This document shows, in pieces, positions 1 through 12,903 of a DNA stretch of 64,000 nucleotides. Source of the stretch: Felis catus (Eukaryota); assembly GCF_018350175.1 (NCBI RefSeq), contig NC_058368.1, forward strand, positions 71,488,001 to 71,552,000. Reading direction: 5' to 3'. A program made the position numbers and the translations under genes. The first letter of the stretch is position 1. Each line of letters opens with the position of its first letter. Below the pieces are notes generated by a model that was given only the letters and a program-made list of their open reading frames with translations, did no database searches and was not told where the DNA came from.

Positions 1-1600
1 TGAGTCTCTGTTTATGTGAATTCCCTTTTCCTGGGTTTTGGGGGTTTTGTTTGTTTTTTGAAGTAGTAGTTTAAATGATAACAGCTTTTCAAGTAACTAA
101 CAAGCTGCACAGATGAAATTTTTGATCAGATGTCAGCCTCTTTTACTAGGCACATAGTTCAGTAAAGAAGCTGTTTTCTGTGTAACATTACTAAACTGAG
201 TCGAGTGAAACTCTAGGACTTTTTCTCTCCCTTTCCAGAGAGTTGTTCATAAAAATATTTGAGACTATTGTGGATTTGATGGATAAAAGGAACTCCTTTC
301 TAAAATTTAAAATATAACTGTAAAATGTAACTGCCACCATTATAAACACGTTTGTGCTGGTGGAATTGATACCAGTGTTTCAAAGTAATTATTAACATAG
401 CCTCAATGATTTTGCAGAAATAGAACACACATACTTTTATACTTCCAGGCTGGTGCATGTTACTTTCTTTATTTGTAGTTTATTACAGTTTATTTCTGCT
501 GCCCAGTTTATGGATCTTTACACTGGGCATGTATGCCCAACCCCATCCATTTTATTTAAAAACAAAACAAAACTACTTTCAAACTTACATAAAGCCGGAA
601 GGAATCTTAGCAGATTTTGTTTGCAGAAGAGTGAACTCATGAAGAGATTCCACGGTGTGACCATCTTATATCTCAAGGGCTTGCTGTCACAGTGAAGCCT
701 CTTTCCTACCTCCTAGTAACACATCACCTTAAAAGAAATTGTTAGGAAAGGGCACTTCAGGAGTTGTGTACTCAGAAGAAGCGACAGCTCCCCCATCACC
801 TGCCCAGCGCTGCACCAGCTGTATTTCACAGGTGTGGAAATTTTGGGGCCAAAGTACTGGAGTCCCTGGGACCTTGTTAGTAAGGGAATGGACTGAGATT
901 AAACCCCAGCATTTTAACTCAAAGGAGCCTGTGCTCTTTCTACAAGGTCCCTCTTGGGGCAGGTTCTAACATATATGAAACAGATGTGGGTCAAAATAAA
1001 ACAATGGAAAAATAAATAGTAGTTAGGTTCTGAAGGGTGGCAACCGTATCTCACCACCATCTGTAGGTTTGCTTTCTGTGGGAAAATTCAGTCTGGGTTC
1101 CAACCGGATGTCAGCATTAACTTCCCAGCTCCTCTGGAAACAGAGGCTTGTTGCATAACTGAAAAGAGTCTCCACATTTACTTGAAAGAATTACCTCCTT
1201 CAGGCTACTAAATTGTGAAAAATATTAAGCCTATAATGTAGGTTAAGTGGCAGGGAGCTCACTGAAGTTGTTTGTACTATGGTCAGTACCTATATGGTTA
1301 GGGAACAGTTTATGAGAGAGATGATATTCTTCTTGAAAAATCTGTTGGTTTGTGGAACAGAAGGAATCCAGGGTTTCCCTTAAAGGGATTTCAGTTATGG
1401 GGGTGGGTGGAAATGAATAGATAGCCCTATGGTTGGGACTAATCAAATTAATAAAAGTTAACATTTACATGTACTGTTTGATTTAGTTCTCAGTACATCA
1501 TCACTGTGATGCAGATACTATTATATATCTAGATTGATTCATAAGGAGATTGAGACTTAATAGTTTGCTCAAGAATGAATTAATGAAAGGGCTGGGTTTT

Positions 1601-1814
1601 TTTTTATGTTTTTTAAAGTTTATTTTTGTAGGAGAGAGAGAGACTGAGCATGAGCAGGGGAGGGGCAGAGAGAGGAGGAGACACAGAATCCAAAGCAGGT
1701 CCAGGCTCTGAGCTGTCAGCACAGAGCCCGAGGCGGGGTTTGAACCCACAAACCGTGAGATCATGACCTGAGCCGAAGTTGGATGCTCAACCGACTGAGC
1801 CACCTAGGTGCCCC
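1601..1814 (-). mobile_element. CanSINE (SINEC, tRNA-derived)
   Basis: T-rich tail, (GA)n tract and reverse-complement head; TSD gaaagggctgggtttt at 1585-1600 and 1816-1831. Confidence 0.95.
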
Positions 1815-2446
1815 AGAAAGGGCTGGGTTTTTAACCCACTTGTGTGAGTTACCAGAGCTTGGGTTTGTGACCACTGTGCTTATTTCTCCTGCTTGCTTTG
1901 GTTTGGTTTGGTTTGGGAAGTAATTTAAGGTTTTGGCGCAACCAGATACGCAAGTCATGAATAATCAGAAATAAAACTGGATACAAAGAGAGGGACCTTA
2001 TTTATAAGAAACTTGAATGGTAGGTAACTTAGTTAAGATTTCACCTGATATGAAGTAGAAAACCATGGAACAATCTTGAGCAGCAGAGGTACATAATTGT
2101 CAAGGATAGTAAAGACTTAAGAAAGTTAGGTTGCCAGTAATATAGCTGGGAGGTTATTTCTGTCATCACAAAACCCCTGAGAGGTTGGGGTGTTAGCCCC
2201 TTTGAAGGTAAACAGAGTGAAGTCTGGTGAGGTCCTTTATATAATGCAAAAAGAGCCAGGTAGTAAGCCAAGAGCTCAGGGGCCATGCTCTTTCTGGAGC
2301 ATACTCTGTCCCTTGGGTGATGTGGCCTTTCCTATGCGGTGCTCGGCACATAGTAGGTGCTCCTCAGATTCCTTCCTACTGCCCCCATCATCCCTTTCTC
2401 TCCAAACTCTGCTGGGACCTGGGAAACAAAAACAAGGAATGATCTT

Positions 2447-2668
2447 GATCTTTATTTTTATAATTTTTTAAATGTTTGAGAGAGAGAAAGAGCACGCAAG
2501 AGCATGAGTGGGGGAGGGGCAGAGAGTGGGAGACCCAGAATCTGAAGCAGGCTCCAGGCTCTTGAGTTGTTAGCACAAAGCCTGACTGAGGGCTCCAACT
2601 CATGAACCACGAGATCATGACCTGAGCTGAAGTTGGATGCTTAACTGACCGAGCCACCCAGGTGCCCC
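2447..2668 (-). mobile_element. CanSINE
   Basis: Typical body; TSD aggaatgatctt on both sides. Confidence 0.93.
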
Positions 2669-2800
2669 AGGAATGATCTTTATCTTATAGGAGCTTACAG
2701 GCCAATGAAGGAGACAAACTTAGATGCCTATGGAATAGAGTGACAAAATAGAGGGGGGTGGGGTGTTGGCATACTGGAGCACTCTGCCCTGTGATAGTTG

Positions 2801-2961
2801 TCTTCTCCCCCTCCTCTTCCCCCCTCCTCCTCCCCCTCGTCTTCTTTCTCCTCTTCCTCCTCTTCCTCCTCTTCCTCCTCTTCCTCCTCTTCCTCCTCTT
2901 CCTCCTCTTCCTCTTCCTCCTCTTCCTCCTCTTCTTCCTCCCCCTCCTCCTTCTCCTCCTC
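2801..2961. repeat. Polypyrimidine microsatellite (CTT/CCT; CTTCCTCCT units)
   Basis: About 160 nt almost entirely C/T. It is the source of the poly-E, poly-S and poly-LP pseudo-ORFs in the track. Confidence 0.95.
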
Positions 2962-3619
2962 TGTGTCCTGTATGCTCCCCTGTTGTTCTTTCAAGCTCTC
3001 ATGTGTGAAGCTCTGTCCTCTGAAACAGCCCTATTTAAGTTGCCGAGAGAATCATCCATGTCTGCCATGTTCATTACTAATGATTTGTTGATACATTTTA
3101 AAACGGTAATTTTCACTTCTAGAGTATTTAAGACATTTCTTCTTTTTCAGAAAATAGTGGGCCAAATACAAATGTTCTCCTAAGTTATCCATCATCCTCC
3201 ATTAGACCTTGTGTCTAGAGATGATTTGATTATAATCATAGTTTTTGTACCTGAGTTTGTTTTTGTTGAATACACAAAGAATCCTTTTGAAATTCATGGG
3301 AGGGGGTGTGACCTTGAAACATAACCTGCAACATTTTTTCGGAACTATAACTTAAGACAAGAGTCTGGATAGTATCTCTGTAGTTGCTTTGTAAAATATT
3401 CCTTTATGACCATAAATAATGAAAACATGCAATATTTAAATTAGGCTAATTCACAAATGATTAAAATCTTGTTACTTTAAAAAATTGTGGGAAATATTTG
3501 TATTCTAAAAATGTTTTTGTCTCTGGTTGCTTTACCCAGTTTTTCTGGACCATGTAATATGGATCATAGGCAAGAAAAGACCTGTGTATTAAGATGATAT
3601 TCTTACCCAAACAAACAAA

Positions 3620-3790
3620 ATACCAAAAAGGAATGAAGGGATATACAAGGGAACTTTTGGAGGTGATGGATATGTTTATTACCTTAATTATGGTGATGGA
3701 AACACAAGTGAATATGTTCAAATTCACTAAATTGTGTGTTAATTATATGCAGTTCTTATGCATACCACTCATAACTCAATAAACCCAGAA
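3620..3790 (+). mobile_element. Old L1 (L1M) 3' end fragment
   Basis: gggaacttttggaggtgatggatatgtttattacctt…ctcaataaa resembles L1M 3' termini. Confidence 0.7.
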
Positions 3791-4187
3791 AAATAAAAGA
3801 TTCACGTTGTAAATTTTTGAAAACAGTCTGGAACAGTAGCAAAATACTGAGAAGATATTAATATTGCATAAAGTTAATCTTTGAAAGTCATAGTTAAGCA
3901 ACTCAAATTCATAGAATGGATAATGGTATTTGAATGGATGGCACTAGGACATTTATCCCAGAATGATTACTGTTGTCCTTGGAATGTCTATGTGGTTTTT
4001 GTATGTTTGTTTTTAACTGCTCTAGTTTAAATCTGAAAGCTTTTTTCCAGGGACAGAGCCTTTTAAAATAATGTTCTGAAATATAATCTGTGGCAATTTT
4101 ACCCTGCACACTTAACGCCAAAGGAAAATCAGTTTACTAAGAGAATAATGTAAAATTACTAACTCCTTTTCTTTTTTTCTGCTTCAG

Positions 4188-4290
4188 AGTGCCTATTATT
4201 CAACCACAAGTGGCTAACTGGCAGCTCTCAGTAAAATTGCATGATGAAGTTCATACTGTCGTAGCATCAAACAGTGGGCCAACATTCTCT
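4188..4290 (+). CDS. PCCA: PCCA internal coding exon (probably orthologous to human exon 19)
   Basis: Strong polypyrimidine tract and cag acceptor ending at 4187; gtgagt donor at 4291. After one phase base it reads [34 protein letters not shown], matching recalled human PCCA [34 protein letters not shown]. It joins the next exon in frame. Confidence 0.96.
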
Positions 4291-5180
4291 GTGAGTTTTA
4301 TTTCTTTATTTTTATTTTTTTTTGGCAGTCTTGAAAATTGATCTGTGCCTGTTTCAAACAATTTTTAACGTATTCAGCGACTCTCATCTTTTGAGCCTGT
4401 AACACAGCAATGTGCTTGTTTCACCTTCTTTAGGAAGCTGAATGTAAATGGGAGGTTTTGTTCTCTCATGTTAATTAGGAAATACATTCCTAGATTTAGC
4501 CACATTCTACACCCACTTCCTGACACCTGATTCATTTTCCTTTTGTTATTGAGAAGTAATACTTTTGTTTTTGTCCCAGAGAAGAGCATCTTTAAGTATA
4601 ATTCCAAACATATGATAGCTGTGGTAGGTAATCACTCTTTTAAAACAAGTCATCTGAAGCCTATATAACATTTTCTTGAGACTTCATGTTGTGTGAGACA
4701 TTCTTGAGGCTAAATTTACCTTGTGGTGACATCCCTTTTGTTTTGAAGGAATTTAAAACTTGAACTTAAACCCCTTGGATAATATCCATGATAGAACTGC
4801 TTTAGTTTAATTCGGGTCTGTACTAAGCAGTGTTACGTTAACATTTAGTGTTTACACTGTGTTATGAATGATATGTTTAAATTATATGATTTGAGAGTGA
4901 GTGCCAGAAAAATATCATGATATTGTGAAATGTTTTTCCTGTTTTACTTTCAGCCTGAACACACAGAAGCTTCTAGGTAGTTAGTGCAATGAATATTTTA
5001 TTAATCTACATTTCTCTTCTCATGGCTAAGTTGCAATGAAATGTCATTTTGTTGTTTGGAAAACATGACTTTTTTATCAAAAGATTTAGACAGGATATGA
5101 AAATAAAAACAATATGATTTCATGAAAAGAAGAACTGGTGAGGCTGAGGTATAGGGTGGTAGCTTTTCCGCTTTTATGTG

Positions 5181-5280
5181 TATTTTTTTTAAGTAAACTC
5201 TGCCCCCAACGTGGGGCTCGAATTCGTGACCCTGAGATCAAGAGTCACATGCTCTACCAACTGAGCCAGCCAGGCACCTC
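5181..5280 (-). mobile_element. Short, old CanSINE (tRNA-like part, no CT tract)
   Basis: gtggggctcgaa…ctgagatcaagagtcacatgctctaccaactgagccagccaggcac. Confidence 0.85.
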
Positions 5281-6729
5281 CTGGTGGCAGTTTCCTGATC
5301 CCAGCTAGAAAGTACCATCAGAGTTAGGAGAAGTCACTTATTCAACATAGCCGTACTACATTCCTACCTTGTGCTAGGTTAAGTGCTAGGCTGTTAAGAC
5401 TGGAGAAGCTTATGTAGTAGTCAGAGTCACATGTAAATGAGATTCATTCATGAGTGAAGGGTCATCTCCTTGGTTGTCTTTAAGTGTTGGGATTCATTCT
5501 GTGTGCCAAAATTGCTGAGGCATTTGTTCCTGAAAGGTATTTCACTCCACTCTGTTAATGTGAAAACTGCGGTGGAGTTAAACAATTGTCTTATGATGTA
5601 TTTTTTTTGTGATGTACTTATCTCATTCCTTATGTTCCTCCTTTCTATATGATCATTTAAAAACATAGCTCTATATATAAGTGGAGACTTAAGTGTATAT
5701 CAGGTTGAGTACCAAATTATGTGTATTGAATAGTAAAGAGTATTAATATTATAACATTTTCCTCAGGGAAGGTTAACTTTACAAAAATGTAGACTTAGCA
5801 TAATTTTTAGTTCTGTACTGAGTCACCACTGAAGTGTTACTGTTCATCTGATACTCCAATACACTGTTTTTCTAAGCAGTGCCTTGCCTTAATAAGAAAA
5901 CTGCTCAGATTACTTCTTAGAGCTGTTATTTCTTGGTGCTTGTTTCAGATTCCATGTTGAAAAACTAGAGACCATCAGCTCAAATGGTGTCTTTGAATTT
6001 TTCCAGTAGAATTACCTCTTGTTTTACTTTTTAGCTCATAAGAAAAGCAGGGCTGTTAAGAAAATATCCACCTTGATACATAGTATCAATAGCTACTTAC
6101 CCCTATTTATTGGCTTTACAGTATCAAACCTAATGAAAAGCAGGTAATCCTGATAGTGTCTTTTTTTTTCTTAAGTATATTTGGATTGAGTTTCATTTGA
6201 CATCAGTGTTATTGAAGAGAGTCAAGATGAATAGCACAGACTAAGTAAAGACCCATTGATGTGAAGTCTCAGATTTTAGGGTCTCGGGGGGAGAGCTGTG
6301 ACTATTGGTTTCCTAGATCATCCACTGCCACTTCAAGAAAAAGTAACTGGCCTCAAGGTGACACTCTAGGGTCATGATCCCAAGAGTGGTACAAGCAAAG
6401 TCATATGCCTGAAGTAATGCTTCAGATACCCCACATTTTCAAAATTATTTTAATCTAAAAAATTTAAATTAAAAGATGTTTCAAATAAGGAAAGTATTGC
6501 AAATGCACAAATGTTCTATACAGATCTCTTACTGAAAAAGAAACAATTCATGGTTACAGCTAAATCCCTTCTTTATGGTATCTCATTCCACCCTTTCCCT
6601 CTCCAGAGGTGACAGCTATCCTGAAGATGCTATGTGTCCTCCTTGTGCATATTGTTCTACATTTAGTATGTATGCATGGACTATAATAATAGTAAAAAAG
6701 AAGACTGTGAAAATATAAGTACTTAATGA

Positions 6730-7550
6730 TACCATTTATGTAACAGTTTGAAATATACAAAGCAAAAACAATTCCATTTGCAACACTATCAAAAAGAGTA
6801 AGATGCTTAGGAATAAACTTAACCATGGAGGAGAAGGACTTGTACACTAGATACTACAAAATGTTGCTGGAAGAAATTAAAGAAAACACAAATATATGCA
6901 AAGCCATCTTGGGTTCATAGATTGGAAGACTTAATGTTGTTATAATGTCAATATTACCCATGATTTGGCTTCAGTATTACCCATGTTCAGCAGATTCAAA
7001 ACAATCCCTATCAAAATCCCAACCGATTTTTTGCAGAGATAGAAAAGTCAGTCCTAAAATTCATATGGACTCTTAAGGGAGGGACCCCAAATAGCCAAAA
7101 CAATTTTCAAAAAGAAGGACAAAGTTGGAAAGCTCACACTTCCTGATTTTAATACTTATTACAAAACTGTGGTCAAAATGGTGTGGTACTCGCATAAGAC
7201 AGACACATAGACCAAAAGAAGAAATTCTGGTACGTGCCACAGCATGGAGGAACCTGAGGGAATTGAGCTCAGTGAAATAAGCCAGACACAAAAGGACAAA
7301 TACTGTATGATTCCAAATCATACAGTATGTAGAGTAGTTAAATTCATAGAAAATAGAATGGTGGTGCCAGAGGCTGGGAGAGTGGGAAACAGAGGGTTAT
7401 TATTTAAAGAGCATAGAGTTTTAGTTTTACAAGATGAAAATAATTTTGAAGATGGCCATTGGTGATGCATATACAAAACTCTGCATGTCTTTAATACCAC
7501 TGAACTGTACGCTTCAAAATGGGTAAGATAGTAAATTATATGATTTGTAA
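6730..7550 (+). mobile_element. Old L1 (L1MA/MB-like): ORF2 fragment joined to 3' end
   Basis: Degenerate ORF2 (…LGINLT…, …PIKIP…, …HKxRHIDQ) followed directly by the ORF2 C-terminus (LSEISQTQKDKYCMI) and 3'UTR. Confidence 0.85.
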
Positions 7551-7677
7551 AAATTTTTTAAGTGCAAAAATCAATACAGATTAGTATTTTTTGATAAAAA
7601 ATTTAAAAGTAGTGAGGATGAAACTTTTGGGAAACAAAGAAAGCATGGTAGGGGGAAAAGTTAAGAAGCAGTAGGTA

Positions 7678-7915
7678 GGGGCGCATGGGTGGCTCAGTCC
7701 ATTGAGCATACGACTCTTAAATTTTGGTTCAGGTCATGATCTCATGGTTTGTGATTTCGAGCCCCCTGTCAGGCTCTCTGTGGGCAGCAGCGTGGAGCCT
7801 GCTTGGGATTTTCTCTCTCTCTTTCTCTGTCTCTCTCTTTCTCTCCCTCTCTCAACGCCCCTCACCTGTTTGTGTGCTTGCTCTCTCAAAATAAATAAAT
7901 AAACTTAAAAAAAAT
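7678..7915 (+). mobile_element. CanSINE
   Basis: ggggcgcatgggtggctcag head, (CT)n tract, aataaa and A tail. Confidence 0.93.
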
Positions 7916-8733
7916 AAGTAGTAGATAGGGTGAAATATTTTATGTTTTAGATTTTTGATTTTGAATATAAGGGTCAGAATGAATAGCAAAACTGAGTATA
8001 AAATCTGCTAACACCAAATTGAAATATTGTTTAGCATATTAAGATGAGAAACTTAAAAATATCAAAAACAAACTAATGTTTACTTACATTTAATTCATGA
8101 TTATATTCTGGATTCCCAAGATGTTTTCCATTCTCTTTTATTCTGTGTAATGTGATACTGGTCAAAATAGTTCATGATAGTGCGTTTGTTATCTTAAAGA
8201 TGATGGCCTAACTTGATACTGAAAACAGTTCACTTGGAAGAAAAATGTCAGAGTACTCTTGATGTGAAGAAAATTAGCTCAAGAATTCAGCCTTCCTAAA
8301 GATGAAAAAGTGTGCACTGTACATGCACTTAAAATTTTTTTTGCCTAATATTTCTGTTAACTACTAGTAAGTAGAAATAATAAACAGAAGACAGTATATG
8401 ATCCTAGATATTGATTTAGATATCCTTTGTGTTACAGTGAGCCATCAATAGAAATTTTTATAAAGATCCTGTAAACTACTTAAGAATATCCAGAATCCTC
8501 AAACTCATGAATTTTGGCACAGCAATGTAATTTTTGTGCTAATAGTTGAAGAGAAAAATCTCAATGATGAAAAGAAACATTTAGTATAGTTAAGAAAAAT
8601 GAAAATTGTTTTTATCTTTTTTAAAACTCTTTTCAGCTCATTTTCCTAAATGAGATTTTTTTTTTTTTTTGGCTTCTTATGGAAAGGTCAAAACTTTCCT
8701 TTTTGATGGCCATAAAATTGTGCTGCAGTTTTA

Positions 8734-10858
8734 TCTTTTTTTATTATTTTTTTTAATGTAAAATTTATTGTCAAATTGGTTTCCATACAACACCCAGTGC
8801 TCATCCCAACAGGTGCCCTCCTCAATGCCCATCACCCACTTTCCCCTCTCCCCCAACCCCCATCAACCCTCAGTTTATTCTCAGTTTTTAAGAGTCTCTT
8901 ATGGTTTGGCTCCCTTCCTCTCTAACTTTTTTTTTTTTCCTTCCTTCCCCTCCCCCATGGGTTCCTGTTTAGTTTCTCAGGATCCACCTAAGAGTGAACA
9001 CATGTGGTATCTGTCTTTCTCTGTATGGCTTATTTCACTTAGCATAACACTCTCCAGTTCCATCCACGTTGCTACAAAAGGCTGTATTTCATTCTTTCTC
9101 ATTGCTAAGTAGTATTCCATTGTATATATAAACCACAACTTCTTTATCCATTCATTAGTTGATGGACAGTTAGGCTCTTTCCATAATTTGGCTATTGTTG
9201 AAAGTACTGCTATATAAACATTGGGGTACAAGTGCCCCTATGCATCAGCATTCCTGTATCCCTTGGGTAAATTCCTAGCAGTGCTATTGCTGGGTCATAG
9301 GGTAGATCTATTTTTAATTTTTTGAGGAACCTCCACACCGTTTTCCAGAGCGGCTGCACCAGTTTGCATTCCCACCAACAGTGCAAGAGGATTCCCATTT
9401 CTCCACATCCTCTCCAGCATCTATAGTCTCCTGATTTGTTCATTTTAGCCACTCTGACTGGCGTGAGGTGATATCTCAGTGTGGTTTTGATTTGTATTTC
9501 CCTGATGAGGAGCGACGTTGAGCATCTTTTCATGTGCCTGCCTATTGGCCATCTGGGGGTCTTCTTTAGAGAAGTGTCTATTCATGTCTTCTACCCATTT
9601 CTTCACTGGATTATTTGTTTTTCAGGTGTGGAGTTTGGTGAGTTCTTTATAGATTTTGGATACTAGCCCTTTGTCTGATATGTCATTTGCAAATATCCTT
9701 TCCCATTCCATCGGTTGCCTTTTAGTTTTGTTGATTGTTTCCTTTGCAGTGCAGAAGCTTTTTATCTTGATGAAGTCTGAATAGTTCATTTTTGCTTTTA
9801 ATTCCCTTGCCTTGGAGATGTGTCGAGTAAGAAATTGCTGAATCTGAGGTCAGAGAGGTTTTTTTTTTTTTTTTTTTTTTTTTTGCTTTCTCCTCTAGGG
9901 TTTTGATGGCTTCCTGTCTCACATTCAGGTCCTTTATCCATTTTGAGTTTATTTTTGTGAGTGGTGTAAGAAAGTGGTTTAGTTTCATCCTTCTGCATGT
10001 TGCTGTCCAGTTTTCCCAGTACCATTTGTTAAAGAGACTGTCTTTTTTCCATTAGATATTCTTTCCTGCTTTGTCAAAGATGAGTTGGCCATACGTTTGT
10101 GGGTCTAGTTCTGGGGTTTCTATTCTATTCCATTGGTCTATGTGTCTGTTTTTGTGCCAATACCATGCTGTCTTGATGATTACAGCTTTGTAGTGGAGGC
10201 TAAAGTCTGGGATTGTGATGCCTCCTGCTTTGGTCTTCTTCTTCAATATTACTTTGGCTATTCGGGGTCTTTTGTGGTTCCATACAAATTTTAGGATTGC
10301 TTGTTCTAGCTTTAGAGGAATGCTGGTGCAATTTTGATTGGGATTGCATTGAATGTGTAGATTGCTTAGGGTAGTACTGACATTTTAACAATATTTATTC
10401 TTCCAATCCATGGGCATGGAATGTTTTCCCATTTCTTTGTATCTTCTTCAATTTCCTTCATAAGCTTTGTATAGTTTTCAGCATACAGATCTTTTACATC
10501 TTTGGTTAGGTTGATTCCTAGGTATTTTATTATTCTTGGTGCAATTGTGAAAGGGATCAGTTTCTTTGTCTTTATGTTGCTTCATTATTAGTGTATAAGA
10601 ATGCAGCTGATTTCTGTACATTAATTTTGTATCCTGAGACTTTGCTGAATTCACGTATCAGTTCTAGCAGACTTTTGGTGGAGTCTGTAGGGTTTTCCAT
10701 GTATAATATCATGTCATCTGCAAAAAGTGAAAGCTTGACTTCATCTTTGCCAATTTTGATCCCTTTGATTTCCTTTTGTTGTCTGATTGCTGATGCTAGA
10801 ACTTCCAACACTATGTTAAACAACAGCGGTGAGAATGGACATCCCTGTCGTGTTCCTG
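8734..10858 (-). mobile_element. Young 5'-truncated carnivore/felid L1 (part of RT, C-terminal ORF2, 3'UTR); inactive
   Basis: Minus-strand ORFs give L1 ORF2 peptides ([42 protein letters not shown]…[14 protein letters not shown]) broken by frameshifts. Perfect 17-bp TSD attgtgctgcagtttta at 8717-8733 and 10859-10875. Confidence 0.97.
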
Positions 10859-11346
10859 ATTGTGCTGCAGTTTTAAATTACAATCAGATTCCTTTCATTC
10901 TGCCAATTTCAAGTAAGTTGTATATTGATACAATCTATATTAAAAGTTAAATGGCAGAGATCCACTTCTGAAACAGCAGTTTTGTGCAACAAAGCAACTA
11001 TTACTGGTGAAAGTTATAAAAATCTCTATTGTAGATGACATATTGTTGTATGTAGAAAATTCTGAAAAATCCATTAAGGAATTATTACAGAATAAGTTTA
11101 GCAAGGGTACAGGGTACAAAATAAATATATAAAAGTCAATTGCATTTTTACTTATTTGCAACGAACAATCCAAAAACAAAACTATGAAAAAGTTACCATT
11201 AAAAGCATTAAAAGAATAAAAGAACAAAAGAGGTATAAATTTATACTGTGAAACTAAAAACTAAAAACTATTAAAAAAGATATTAATAGAAATGCAAATA
11301 AATAGCATCTCATATTCCTGAATTGAAAGACTTAATGTTGTTCATT

Positions 11347-11586
11347 GGGGCGCCTGGGTGGCGCATTCGGTTAAGCGTCCGACTTCAGCCAGGTCACAAT
11401 CTCGCGGTCCGGGAGTTTGAGCCCCGCGTCGGGCTCTGGGCTGATGGCTCAGAGCCTGGAGCCTGTTTCCGATTCTGTGTCTCCCTCTCTCTCTGCCCCT
11501 CCGCCGTTCATGCTCTGTTTCTCTCTGTCCCAAAAATAAATAAACGTTGAAAAAAAAAATAAAAAAAAAAAACAAAAAAAAAAAAA
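11347..11586 (+). mobile_element. Young feline-type CanSINE
   Basis: CpG-rich intact body; 20-bp TSD gaaagacttaatgttgttca at 11325-11344 and 11587-11606. Confidence 0.96.
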
Positions 11587-11895
11587 GAAAGACTTAATGT
11601 TGTTCAGATGGTAATATTTCCTAAATTGGTTTACACATTCAATGCAGTTCTTTCCAGAATCCAAAAAAAAATTTTCTCCAGAAGTTGACAAGCTGATACT
11701 AAAATTTATATGGAAACTTAAGGGACCCAGAATAGCAAAAGCAGTCTTGAAAAAAAGAACAAAGTTGGAGAACTCAGTTTCCCTTTTCAAGACTTAACAA
11801 CAGAATTGTCTCATAAAATATAGTACTTGCATAAAGATAAACATATAGATCAATAGAACAGAATTGAGAATCCAGAACTAAATCCCTGATTTTTT

Positions 11896-12113
11896 AAAAA
11901 AATTTTTTTTTAACATTTATTTATTTTTGAGACAGAGAGAGACAGAGCATGAACGGGGGAGGGGCAGAGAGAGAGGGAGACACAGAATCGGAAACAGGCT
12001 CCAGGCTCTGAGCCATCAGCCCAGAGCCCGACGCGGAGCTCAAACTCACAGACCGCGAGATTGTGACCTGGCTGAAGTCGGACGCTCAACCGACTGCGCC
12101 ACCCAGGCGCCCC
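11896..12113 (-). mobile_element. Young feline-type CanSINE
   Basis: Near-identical to the 11347 copy but in the opposite orientation; TSD taaatccctgattttt. Confidence 0.96.
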
Positions 12114-12690
12114 TAAATCCCTGATTTTTGACAAAGGTGCCAAAGTAATTCAGTGAAGGAAAGAATAATCTTGTCAACAAATGGTACTGGACCAAGTCGG
12201 TATCTACGTGTAAAAGAATAAAGTTGAATCCCTATCTCATATTGAGTTAATTATACCAAAATTAACCTAAAGTGGATAAAAGATCTAAATGTAAAAGATG
12301 AAACAATAAAACTCTTAGAAGAAAACATAAGGGTACAGCTACATGACCTTGCTTGTGGCAGCAGTTGCTTAGATAGGACAAAAGCACAAGCAACAAAAGA
12401 AAAAATAAATCGGTCTTTGTCAAAATTAAAAACTGTGTTCAAAAGATACAGAACAAGAAACTGAAAAGACAGAACACAGAAGGGGAAAACATATTTGCAA
12501 ATAATGTATTCAGTAAAACACTTGTATTTAAAATACATAAATACATACAACTCAAAGGTAAATTAAATAGGAATATATAATATCCATTTACCCTTTCTAT
12601 AAAATAATTTGATAACATTCATCAAAGACCTTTAAAAAATGTTCATATTCTTTGGTTCACTGATACGTCTTCTCAAACCCCACCCAATGA

Positions 12691-12903
12691 GGGGCGCCTG
12701 GGTGGCTCAGTCGGTTGGGCTTCTGACTTCGGCTCAGGTCATGATCTTGCAGTTCCTGAGTTTGGGCCCTGTGTCGGGCTGTGTGCTGACAGCTCAGAGC
12801 TTGAAGCCTGCTTTGGATTCTGTGTCTCCCTCTCTCTCTCTGACTCTCCCTGGCTCATACTCTGTCTGTCTCTCTCTCAAAAGTAAATAAACATTAAAAA
12901 AAA
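12691..12903 (+). mobile_element. CanSINE
   Basis: Full body; TSD aaaccc(c/t)acccaatga. Confidence 0.95.

Larger units (their letters stand above)
11020..12560 (+). mobile_element. Old L1 ORF2 fragment interrupted by two CanSINEs
   Basis: Degenerate RT motif tctctattgtagatgacat… and downstream ORF2-like A-rich sequence (ttttgacaaaggtgccaa, aaactcttagaagaaaacatagg). Confidence 0.85.

Noticed and set aside
2728..3183. Poly-E, poly-S, poly-LP and poly-FL ORFs
   Set aside because: They are translations of a stop-free microsatellite; there is no splice or homology evidence.
8768..10950. Reverse transcriptase-like ORFs as a novel RT system or active element
   Set aside because: This is an ordinary 5'-truncated, frameshifted L1 with TSD and poly(A) tail.
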